Of a DNA stretch of 64,000 nt, positions 1-10,832 are shown piece by piece. Position 1 is the stretch's first letter, and every line of letters begins with the position of its first letter. The notes under the pieces were generated by a model. The model had not been told where the DNA came from. It did not search any database and worked only from the letters and a program-made list of their open reading frames with translations. A program made the translations under genes and the position numbers. This stretch comes from Azolla caroliniana. Lineage: Eukaryota; Plantae; Polypodiophyta. The DNA is taken from contig JBHGNT010000001.1 in assembly GCA_043228905.1 (NCBI GenBank), forward strand, positions 16,554,001-16,618,000, in the 5' to 3' direction.

Positions 1-584
1 CTCATAGCTCAAGAGGAGGAGAGAACGAATATGACATTATGATAGAAGAAGATGAAGAAGATCGAGTCAAGATACTCAACAAGAAGTTCGATTAAGAAAA
101 CATAAACGCTTTACAATGGTGGCCGCCATGGCCGCACCAAATGACTATAAGAAAACCCTAAAGGAAAACCCAAGAAGAAAACCCTAACCGAACCCTAACG
201 CACGACCTATGTGGTATACCTCGCACACTCAAAATAGGCAACCCCCACAATGGTGCCTTCTCTCTCCTTTTATAGCACAAGGAGGGAAGACTGCTTACAA
301 AAGTGAGACTAAAATATCCCCTTTCATTCAAAGGGGATATTTGCCTTGATTTGGGGGAGGGTGAGATTGATGGCCCCTTAACTCACACCTCCTCACAAAC
401 AACTAGGGACCTATGTACCGCATAATACCTCTCTCTCTCTCTCTCTCGTGGATGTGCATACAACCACATCACCTTTATACCTTTATTACTATTACAAATA
501 CATTATGTACGTGTGCAACATTGCACATTGCTCTTTGGCTCTCGTTGCTTGGGTTTCCGCTTGTGGACGAAAATCTTCACGACA
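1..584 (-). repeat. 3' LTR of element A (partial)
   Basis: Direct repeat of 4049-4661; ends TTCACGACA at 584. Confidence 0.92.
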
Positions 585-3500
585 TCCGCCCCCACCTAAC
601 CGCACATCCTCTGGTATGTGCCAAAACATAGGGGAGAGAACACGAGATTTTCGGCCACGACGACCGACCGAGTCCTTAGCGTCCTCGTGGGCCCGCCTGG
701 CTTTGTCTTCCACTTCGAGCAAGACCACCCCGTCCACACGAACCGCCGCCGCCTTCCAGCCCACCATCCTCGCCAAATGGTCTCGAACCGTCAGCGCCAT
801 CCGATCCGCCACACCCACCATGGGTCCTTGAACCACCAACTACATCCAACCCACCGTATCCGATGCCCGTGCTTTCCTCCCCGTTTGGTCCTCCCGAACA
901 TCGTCGCCGACCCGGTTGCTCTTCCTTTGTCCGCCTCGTATATCCTCCGGATGCGCTCCCGGTCGCATGCCGGATTCCGCCCTTTGCGAGCCGCACACCT
1001 GGGCGTGCCGACTCTCTCCGCTCCGCGCTTGCCTTCCATAGGCTTTCCCCGTATGTTGATGTTGCCCTCCGAATGCGTGCTCGTGCTTCGGTCCTTCGAT
1101 GACCCCATCACGCGTTTTTCACTTTCCCCTTTTTCGCCGTGCTCTCTCGTAGTAGAGCGTATCGTCATCCCTACCTCCGTGTCGGTGTCCCTCGAGGCTC
1201 TCGTTATCGCCTCGCCTCAACTTGCGCCTTCTTGGCCCGTTTGGCCTTGTATGCCCTCCGGGAAGCCGCCGCGCTTTCTCTTCCCGGTGTGTACCCCGTT
1301 GTTCTCCGCGCATCTCCTCCGTTTTCCTAGATACGACTCTCCGCTCATGCCGATCGCGCTCGGCCCATGTCGTCGATCTTGGTGTTTCGCCGCGCCGTCC
1401 TTCGTCCCGCGTTTGCCTCTCGAAGGCTTGATCCGACCGTCATCGTCGGTCAATCGTTGTCACCCATCCGCCGTATGCATGCTTGTGTCTTGGCCCTCCA
1501 CCGGCCGTATTGCATGCGTCTCGTGTCGTGCTTCCGCCGTAGACCCGACCTCCGCGTCGGTCTCCAACTCCTCGCCGCCACCCACCGCTTCTTCGTTCTC
1601 CTTTCGATCCGCGACCGCCGATGCCTCACGGGTAGGTGTGGAGGGTTCCTCCCACTCTCGGTTCACCACCGAGTCCTCGCCTCTCAAAGGTTCAATCGGT
1701 CCACCGTTTCCAGTCACTCGTTGACGCTCTCTCAGATGCATGCTCGTTCTTGGGCCCTTCACCAACCGTAGTGCATGCTTCGTGTTACGCCCTTCATCCG
1801 CCGTAGACCCGACCTCTGCGTCGGCCACTTCTTCCTTTGTCACCGTAGCCCGTTCCGACCCGAGCTCACCATCTTGGACCCGCTCGTCCATCATCTCATA
1901 CCGGATACCCGCTCCGATAACTTTGTCCGCTTCGGCCTCTGACTCCTCGCCGCCACCCACCGTCTCTTCGGTCTCACGTTGATCCGCAACCGCCGAAGTC
2001 TCTAGAATGGGTGTGGAAGGTCCCTCTCACTCTCGGTCTTCTAGCAAGCCGTGATCACCGTGCCCACTAGGCCTCCTTCTTGCTCTCACCGGCTCCCACC
2101 GTAACCGTACCCGGCCGGCTACGAATCGATCAAACAATCCCGGTCTTGCCGGCTTCCTTCGGTTCATGCCCGGTTGACCGGCCCCCGCTTCACTCTTCTT
2201 CCGCTCCGCCTCCCGGTCGGGTCGGATTACCGACCGGCTCATCTTTCGGTTGGGTCGGTTCCCGACTCGCTCCTCGATGCCACTCCGGACCTCTCCTTCG
2301 GTCTTTTCGCATGTACCCACTCCGGGCCTCTCATCCTCATGGCCACCGCCCATCTCCCCGGTCTTATGTCCGCGCTCGGGCGCAACCGCCGAAGTCTCCA
2401 ACCCCGGTGTCGAGGGATCTCGCCTCCGTCCGCTACAAACCTCCTCTTCGTCATTTCAGTTACCCGCCTTGCCGCCGTCACCATCCGTCTCTCTAGGTCT
2501 CACACTGGCTCTCGGGCCGGTTGCCGGAGTCTCTAGGACCAGTGTGTGGAAGGTCGCGGCACCGCCGCTCGTCTCCTCTTCTTCCTCGATTTCGCAAGCC
2601 TCGAGTATGCTCGCGAAATCCTCGTAGAACGTTTTGGGCAACCGCGTCCCGAAACTTTCGCCCACTCTCGAAGTGGCATCCATTGCTCCATAGATATCGG
2701 CCTCATCCATGGCCGTCCTCTTTCCACAAGTCGAGAGGGTCGCTCGCTCCGCACCCTCTCCCACATCGTCGCCGTGGTCGTCCGCCTTGCCGCCGCCACC
2801 GTTCATTACCCTAAGTCTCATGCAGGCACTCGGGCCGGCCGCCGGGGTCTCTTGAACCAGTGCGTGTAAGGTAGCAACGCCGCCGCTCGTCGATGCTATG
2901 CCCGTAGCCACCTCCATTCGGACATCGTCGTCCGTGGCTACCCCGCCTCCGTATATGCAAGCATCAATTATGCTTGCTACCTCCTCTTCCACGGTCTCCA
3001 TACCGTTGTCTCGGTTGCCCGCCTTGCCGCCGCCACCACCCGTTGTCTCGGTCTCACGCCGGCAATCGGGCCAACCGCCCGTGCTTCTAGGGCCGGTGTG
3101 TGTAAGGTTGCGGCACCGCCGCTTGTCTCCTCCTCCCTCGATGTTTCGGGTCGCCATGTCCCGAATCCGTAGTTACCGGCCTCCGTGGCCGTCCATTCGC
3201 CGCAAGACGAGAGAGTCGCTCTTTTCGCACCCTCTCCCATGTCACCATCGTACGCTCACCCGGCCTCCGTATAGGCCCCGTCTTCTACGTCTAGGGAGGC
3301 TTCTTCCTCCGCATCCTCCGATCGCCTCCGGCCCGTCTCCATAACAAGCCCTTCTTCGGCTCCGATTTTCGCCTTCACAAGTTCGCATGCCTCCCGTATT
3401 AGCACCTCTAGGTCGAGCTCCTCCGAACCGTTTTGCGTTGAGCTCTCTTCCGGAGGTAGTGCATACCCACTCACCGCTCTCTCTTCTCCGCCGCTCGCGG

Positions 3501-3926
3501 GCCGTGTTGTGGCCGACCGCCTCGCATCATGTTGCCGGCACCCCCACCGATCGAAGTCATGTCAACCTCTTCCTTCCGGTTCCGTGTACCCGTACGCCTC
3601 CAATAGGGCTCCCTCAAAGGACACCCACGACCTATGAGCTTCTCGTAGCTCCTTGACCTCCTTGTGCACCGATACGGCCGCCACTCGAGGAAAATACTCT
3701 AGCTACATCGCCTCGCCTACGCCCCCTTTCGCCATCTCGGCATCGTACGCTTCCAAGAACCTCGGGACATCGTCCCTGTTGAATCGGCCGACTCGATCAA
3801 CCACCCTCTTGACGGCTTATTGAGCCGCATCTCGCCTCCCCTTTTTCCGTCGCGCATCCATCATGATCTTTGCCATCATCTCCTCGAAGTCTAAGTCTCT
3901 TCAATCTCCATGCTCCCTTGCCGCCC

Positions 3927-3944
3927 TTCACGTCGGGTTCACCA
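3927..3944 (-). promoter_or_regulatory. Primer-binding site, tRNA-Trp
   Basis: Plus strand TTCACGTCGGGTTCACCA equals the 3' 18 nt (with CCA) of plant cytosolic tRNA-Trp; 4 nt from the LTR. Confidence 0.88.
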
Positions 3945-3948
3945 AAGA

Positions 3949-4470
3949 TGTCGCGCTGTTACGCGCGTGCGTGTGGAAGGGGCGGGACCACGGGGATCTT
4001 GGACTAGGGAGAAGAGAAGAAAGGTTAAGACAATGAATGGAAGATTAGCTCATAGCTCAAGAGGAGGAGAGAACGAATATGACATTATGATAGAAGAAGA
4101 TGAAGAAGATCGAGTCAAGATACTCAACAAGAAGTTCGATTAAGAAAACATAAATGCTTTACAATGGTGGCCGCCATGGCCGCACCAAACGACTATAAGA
4201 AAACCCTAAAGGAAAACCCAAGAAGAAAACCCTAACCGAACCCTAACGCACAACCTATGTGGTATACCTCACACACTCAAAATAGGCAACCCCCACAATG
4301 GTGCCTTCTCTCTCCTTTTATACCACGAGGGAAGACCACTTACAAAAGTGAGACTAAAATATCCCCTTTCAGTCAAAGGGGATATTTGCCTTGATTTGGG
4401 GGAGGGTGAGATTGATGGCCCCATAACTCCCACCTCCTCACAAACAACTAGGTACCTATGTACCGCATAG

Positions 4471-4527
<57 letters not shown>

Positions 4528-4661
4528 GATGTGCGTACAACCACATCACCTTTATACCTTTATTACTATTACAAATACATTATGTACGTGTGCAACGTTG
4601 AACATCGCTCTTTGGCTCTCGTTGCTCGGCTTTCCGCTTGTGGACGAAAATCTTCACGACA
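3949..4661 (-). repeat. 5' LTR of element A
   Basis: TGTCGCG...CACGACA; adjacent to the Trp PBS; (CT)n tract longer than in the other copy. Confidence 0.92.
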
Positions 4662-6633
4662 ACGTTAGGACAAGCCCCATGTAGTTCTTCTGTGGCGCGC
4701 ATCACTGCTCGTATCTTCCAGCCGTGCTTGGTGTTGATTGGCCATTTACCCTTCTTGTAGAAATCTATGGACATCATGTTGATTTCGGATCCATGGTTTA
4801 CCAATGCCACCACCGGTTCCAGAATGTTGTCGATCCGTACAGGGGTTTCCGTAGTTGCCCTGGCCCAATGTGGCTTAATGTAGTGGCTTCCCGCCAGCTC
4901 GTCTTCTAGGGCTTCGTTTTCCAGGTGCGTGGTCCGCACCTCCACCGGCTTCTCCGGTTCCGGCTCTGTCGAGAGCCTCTTCCGCTTCACCAAGTCTACA
5001 ATAGAGTCGTGGAACTCCCTCTTGGCGATTCCCAGCACCTCCCGCAATGACAGCTCCACTTTGTTGTCGAGGATAGGTTCCTCCAGGACCTTTCGCAGGA
5101 CTGTGGTCCTTCCGATCTCGGTGCTCAATCGAAACCCCACCTGCTTCTTTCTGTCCGACGCGCCTAGGTTGCCGGCACCGATCGGTTTCGGTTCGAACCG
5201 GGTCTCATACCTCTGCAGGGGGCCGACCCCTCCGACCTTTCTTGCCCGTTTGTCCTCCACCAGAACCTCATAGTTCTAGCAAGTGGCTTCTACGAAGCCC
5301 ATTTACTCTTCGACCGGATCGTCCCAACCAGTGACCTCCTGGACCCGCTGTTCCGCACGGTCCGCCTCTTCCTTCTTCAGCCAAACTCCGGAGAGGCCTT
5401 CTAGCACTAGCGGCCAGAATCCGGAGTCCTTCGCCTTCCGGGTCTCATCACCCCCGACCCGAATTCCCGCCGACACCAAGTAGTTGACGGCCTCGACGTG
5501 CCGTGCCGCGGCCTCTTCCATGAACCTCTTCATTCCGCCGCGCCCCGTATTCAGTTCTAGGGCTCTCTAGGTCTCGCTCGCGTGCACCCGCCCGTTCCAA
5601 AGGTACACCACGTGGATCCTAAGCGCGTCGGCGAAATCCGCGCAATCCTTCCGAATGTGACCGATCGCATCACACCACATGCACCGCTGCCCAGCCGGCG
5701 GCCTCCGGTCACGAGGTTGTTCGTCGCTGTCTCTCCAGGCCTGTGCGATCTGCAGGTCGCGCACCATTTGTGTTAGCTCCTCTAGAGCCGCTCCTCCAGA
5801 TGGGCCTCTGACCACGTCGTTCGATGCCGACCCCGACTCTGGCCAGATTCGGGTCTCTTCCTTCCTACCGGCCGGCACCGATACCGGCTCCTCGAGCCTC
5901 CTCCCCGGGACCGGCCCCGACCCCGACAAGCTTCCATCGCTCCAATCGCGTCGTTCGTCGAAATGGCTGCAGACCCGTTTTACCACGGCCCAATCTGTCG
6001 TGAGCCCTTCGTCCGTTTCCAATAGGGGACCCACCTTTTCCCTGTCGAGCGCGTCCACTGACTTGACAAACAGTAGTACTCGACTTGTTTCGAGCACCGT
6101 CCGATCCAACGTCGACAGCCGCAACGTGTTCGAGAACCGTTTTTCAAACTCCTGGAGGAGCACCGACGTGTTCCTCCCCTTTCTGGGGCTTTCCACCCAC
6201 GCCATGAAGTCCCGCCTCGACAGCCGAAGCGAGTCGTCAAACCCGTACTTCTCAAGGAGCTGCAGCTCGAACTCCTCCCAAGTCTGGCATCCGGCCAGCA
6301 CCTCGACCACCTCCGTGTGGATGCCCAGCGTCACCACCCGAGGGAATCCGAACAGCCGCCTGTCCACCGGGATATCCCTCATGATCATTTCGGCACGATA
6401 AGCCTCCAAATAATTTGTGGCGTCTTTCCCTCCGAAACAGCCTATAGAGTCGACGATCGATTCAATGGCTCTGTCGAGGGTACTCGTCCCCTTACGCCAT
6501 TGCCTCTGCTAGCTCCGATCCTCTCATCTTTCGACTCCTTTGCCACCCCGTTCACGTCGGGTTCACCAAAGACCTCGTGTTGTTACGCGCGTGCGTGTAG
6601 AAGGGGCGGGACCACGGGGGTCTTGAACCGAGG

Positions 6634-6690
<57 letters not shown>

Positions 6691-7319
6691 AAGAGAGACT
6701 TGTAGATACGCGAAGTGAGAAGGAGAGATATAGAATGTAACACTCGATTTCAATAACAAGAGTTTACAACGACAAGAGAATTCAATAACAAGAGAATACA
6801 AAAGAATACAACTCTGACGGTTACAACCAGCAAGGCGGCAATGGACCCGACACGGGGATCCTACTCACACACACAGACAGCATTCGCTTGACTCCTAGAA
6901 ACAAAACAAAAGGGGGGAGAGCCTCTGCTGGAAGCGCACGGGCTGTCCACGAAGCAGAGGCAACGAGCTTCCGACCCATAGAGACCGATGGTCAGAGGAG
7001 AAGAGAGAGCTTGGCCCCAGATCTGCAGCAGCACTTCGTCCTCCCTAGTATGCGATCCCTATTCCTTCGTCCTCTCTCTCCTTAAATAGTTCCCCAAAAG
7101 GGGGTGCCCCCTTTTCCTTAGCCAAACTGCTTTATTCCATGTCCCTGTCGACAAAGATACGCACAAAATCCCCTAATAAATGTGCAGTACCTAGTATTTA
7201 CACCAGTCGCCTTAATTACAAATTATGTACAATATATCAATCCTCGCGTCCACCCGTGTAAGAGCCGGTTCATGCACCTTTTTCTTCGATTCCGCCTATG
7301 GCCGGTTTTCTTCACGACA
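4662..7319 (-). mobile_element. Element B: 5' part (LTR, Trp PBS, decayed gag-protease) of a Trp-primed non-chromovirus Gypsy
   Basis: LTR about 6573-7319 ending TTCACGACA; PBS 6551-6568. ORFs 5567-6409, 5303-5533 and 4662-5260 share one frame, with a CxWCx3GHx4C knuckle and protease motif LVNHGSEIN. Right flank GCGT lies inside a Copia RNase H. Confidence 0.88.
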
Positions 7320-8683
7320 GCGTGGAGCAGTAAGAAGTAGCCAGCAGTAGCACTATCGAGCACAGAGGCCGAATATCGAGGGGTGATTGTCGCTACATGC
7401 AAAGTCATTTGGTTAAAACGGCTTTTAGGGGATCTGCACATAGAGGTGTCCGATCCAATGACGATCTACTATGACAACTTCAGCAACATCCACCTTCCGA
7501 ACAACCCTGTGTTCCATGCCCAGACCAAGCACATTGAGGTGCACTATCACTTCGTCCGCGAGCGTGTCCTTTCTGGTGAGGTCGAACTAGCGTATGTTCC
7601 GACGGGTCGGCAGATTGCCAACATCTTCACCAAGCCCCTTGGTCTCGACAAGTTACGGCATTTCTCGGGTGATCTCGGTTTACGGCACCTCGACATGCCG
7701 AACTTGAGGGGGAGAAAAGAACAAGAACAAGAATAGGAGCATGAAAGGAGCGGTGGTAACTGCGATGCTGAATCGAATGAAGAATTCGATTTCGGGTTGG
7801 CTAAAGAAGCCAAAGAAGAAGAAAATAGAGGCCGTAATCGCAAGGAAGAGCCAAAGACAACCGAACAAAGGGGAAATACAGCCAAGAAGGGCATAAAAGC
7901 CAAGGCCAAGACGTGGTATGATGTTGTCGAGGGCCTAAAAGTAGAAGACGAGTTGGAGACAGCCAATTCGGGCGAAAGTGGAATTGAATCGAAAGTGAGC
8001 GATTTAATCGAAATTTTCGATTCGGATATTATGAATCAACAGAGGGTCAAGCGGAGGAAAGGGCAGTGAAAGAGGCGCCAACACCATGATAGCAAGGGAG
8101 CTAAGAAGGGTCGCATGAGTAGACAAGCCAACTGGAAGGGTCGAAGTGCACGGAATCAAACGGGTCGAGGAGCGCAAGTGAGGCATGAAGCCAGGAGAGG
8201 CCAGAGCGAAGGTTCGGAAAAGCAGATGGAACCTCAAGTTGAGCTTGAGGGGGAGTCTTGAGAGACAAGCTCAACATTGGGTACGTAAACGAGTACGTAA
8301 ACAGGTACGTAACCTAGTACGTAGACTAGGGTGTAAAACCGTACGCAAAATATTGTTGTGGCGGTGTTTAAACCGAAAGACCGTTAAAACGTTATTCCTT
8401 GTAAGGAATAGTTTTGGGAGTTAGTGTAGAAGGCTCATTTATGAGTGATCAAGTACTATCAGTACTTCTGTCAGTCTGATAGTCAGGGCTTGTATAAAAG
8501 GTGCTCACTAAGCACGAAATATGTACAAAGAACATATAGAGAATTAGTTTGAATATAGTTTTTGTATTTTCTGCTCTCTCTCTCTCTCTGTCACTCCCTC
8601 TGTCTCTCTGTAGTTTCTGTGTTCTACCGAACCGTGTACTCTGTGTTCTTATGCATACGCTTCCACACACGTATTCTTTTACA
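7320..8683 (+). mobile_element. Element C: 3' end of a Copia element (RNase H, C-terminal extension, PPT, 3' LTR 8256-8683); same family as K
   Basis: [18 protein letters not shown]...HAQTKHIEVHYHFVRE...IFTKPL; PPT TTGAGGGGGAG at 8245-8255; LTR homologous to 52792-53231. Confidence 0.88.
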
Positions 8684-9169
8684 TCAACTAACTCCTGTAT
8701 CCATGGATCATTTAATATTCCATAAAGTACTACCTTCTTGTCTTCATTGCTGATGTGCTTGGTTTGAACATTGAAATGGTCTACAACCTTTCTCTCTATG
8801 ATTGTAGTCTCATTACTCACATTCTTAGTGATATTTAGACCTATATCACAACCAATACTATCTTTACCTTTAGTGACTGTGGCTTTTGTATCCTTCAACA
8901 ATTGACGATGTTTTCTTTTTTTTCTACCCAATACTTTTGTATCGCTTGTAGTGTCCTAATAGCGTCATCCCTATCCTGATGATCATTGAGGGGTAATTCT
9001 CAACACCCTCCTTCCCCTTCCATTTGGCTTGACGGGTTTAAACCCTAATTTTCCTGAAAAGAAGTTACGTATTAAAGATGGCTATGGGCAACAACAATAC
9101 ACAAAAATATTCCTCAATACACAAGATTATACACAACAATACACAAGATAATCAATAGACAGAATAGTT

Positions 9170-10352
9170 ATTCAAATCCAAGACCGAACAGTGGCAGTAA
9201 TCCAGGGCCGAATAGTGGCGGCAACTAAGTGTCGAATGGCGGCAGTGGAGGAGTGAACTCTGTTGGATCGAACAGTTTTGACAATCCAGGACCGAACAAT
9301 GGGGGCAACTGAGTATAGAATGATGGCAATGGAGGAGTGAATTCCGTCGGATCGAACAGTGGCAGATGATGCTTGGAACGCACAGTGATGACAACTGAGA
9401 GTAGAATAGCAGTAGTGGAGAAGGAGTGAACTCCTTCGGATCGAAAAGTTGCAGCAATACATGACCGAAAAGTAGTGGCAACTGAGTGTAGAATGATGGC
9501 AATGGATGAGTGAACTCCGTCAAATCGAAAAGTGACAGCAATCCAGGACCGAATAGTAGCGGCAACTGAGTGTAGAATGATGGCAATGGATGAGTGAACT
9601 CCGTCAAATCGAAAAGTGACAGCAATCCAGGACCGAATAGTAGCGGCAACTGAGTGTAGAATGATGGCAATGGATGAGTGAACTCCGTCAAATCGAAAAG
9701 TGACAGCAATCCAGGACCGAATAGTAGCGGCAACTGAGTGTAGAATGATGGCTATGGAGGAGTTAACTCCGTTAGATCGAACAGTGGCAGATGATGCTTG
9801 GAACGCACAGTGACGGCAACTTAGAGTACAATGGCAGCAGTGGAGAAGGAGTGAACTCCCTCAGATCGAAAAGTGGCAACAATACACGACTGAACAGTAG
9901 CGGTAACTAAGTGTAGAATGATGGCAATGGATGAGTGAACTCCGTCAAATCGAAAAGTGGCAGCAATCCAGGACCGAATAGTAGCGGCAATTGAGTGTAG
10001 AATGATGGAAATGGAGGAGTGAACTCCGTTAGATCGAACAATGGTAGATAATCCTTGGAATGCATAGTGACGGTAACTGAGAGTAGAATGGCAGCAGTGG
10101 AGGAGTTAACTCCATCGGATCGAAAAGTGGTAGCAATATACGACCTTCACAGTAGCAGCAACTGAGTGTAGAGTGGCGGCAATGGAGGAGTGAACTTGGC
10201 AGATGATGCTTGGACTGAACAGTGGCGGAAACTGAGTGTAGAATGGTGGCAATGGAGGATTGAACTCCGTCGGATCGAACAGTGGCAAGTGATACTTGGA
10301 CCACACAGTGCCAGTAACTAAGTGTAGAATGGCAGCAATGGAGGAGTGGACT
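9170..10352. repeat. Tandem array with an 84-bp unit (about 13-14 units, with 87-bp and variant units)
   Basis: ATCCAGGACC recurs at 9541, 9625 and 9709 (exact 84-bp period); flanking units are diverged. Confidence 0.93.
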
Positions 10353-10354
10353 CA

Positions 10355-10832
10355 ATAGGGTTTAGCAACAGTGGTAGTAATCTAAGCTAGAATACTCAAC
10401 CAGAGATGGCCCACGTGATGTGGCAAAGGATCATGCATAATGGACATAGGAATTCGGTATATAATTTATGTTGCACGTTTATGTTGAACATTTATGTTGC
10501 ACATTTATGGTGCTCATTTATATACATAATTAAAACTCTCTATTATTTTCAATGGTAGCTTTTTGCATAGCTAATTTATCAATGGTAGCTTTTTGCAAAA
10601 ATGATTATTTATCAATGGTAGATTTTTGCATAGCTAACTAGCTATGTCAAGGATAGAGCTAATTGTTTCCACTCGCATGCTTTCACCCATCACCCTCAGT
10701 ACCCTTAAACGGAGATATTCCACAAAGAGGTGTGGACCAGCAAAGACATTTTGCATAGCTAATTTATCAATGGTAGCTTTTTGCAAAACTGACTATTTAT
10801 CAATGGTAGCTTTTTGCATAGCTAATTGTTTC
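10355..10832 (-). mobile_element. Probable terminus (TIR/subterminal repeats) of a Mutator-like DNA transposon
   Basis: Minus strand begins GGAAACAATTAGCTATGCAAAAAGCTACCATTGA, with repeated CAATGGTAGCTTTTTGCA units and 14-bp ATTTATGTTGCAC-like repeats. GGCCCACGTG and a telo-box lie inside. No partner TIR or TSD was found. Confidence 0.45.

Larger units (their letters stand above)
1..4661 (-). mobile_element. Element A: non-autonomous (gag-only, TR-GAG-like) LTR element of the tRNA-Trp-primed Gypsy group; 3' LTR runs off the window start
   Basis: 1-584 matches 4049-4661 closely. The full LTR 3949-4661 has TGTCG...CGACA ends. PBS at 3927-3944 and PPT-like tract at 585-597. The interior has a gag-like start near 3650-3912 (VVDRVGRFNRDDVPRFLEAY) but no recognisable PR/RT/INT. 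It interrupts the protease of element B; right flank is ACGT. Confidence 0.85.

Noticed and set aside
150-200. Telomeric repeat array
   Set aside because: Only scattered AAACCCT(A) motifs within an LTR, not tandem TTTAGGG repeats.
618-1724. 368-aa plus-strand ORF and other long antisense ORFs in GC-rich TE interiors
   Set aside because: No recognisable motifs; expected shadow ORFs of GC-rich minus-strand sequence.
9152-9733. 28-aa repeat ORF (LPLLFGPGLLSLFDLTEFTHPLPSFYTQ) as an LRR or Cys/His repeat protein
   Set aside because: The ORF switches repeat register midway, two minus frames are open in the homogeneous units, and the LRR Asn is absent. It is best explained as translation of a minisatellite.
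9170-10352. CRISPR-like array
   Set aside because: Units are contiguous repeats without unique spacers, there are no cas genes, and the context is eukaryotic.
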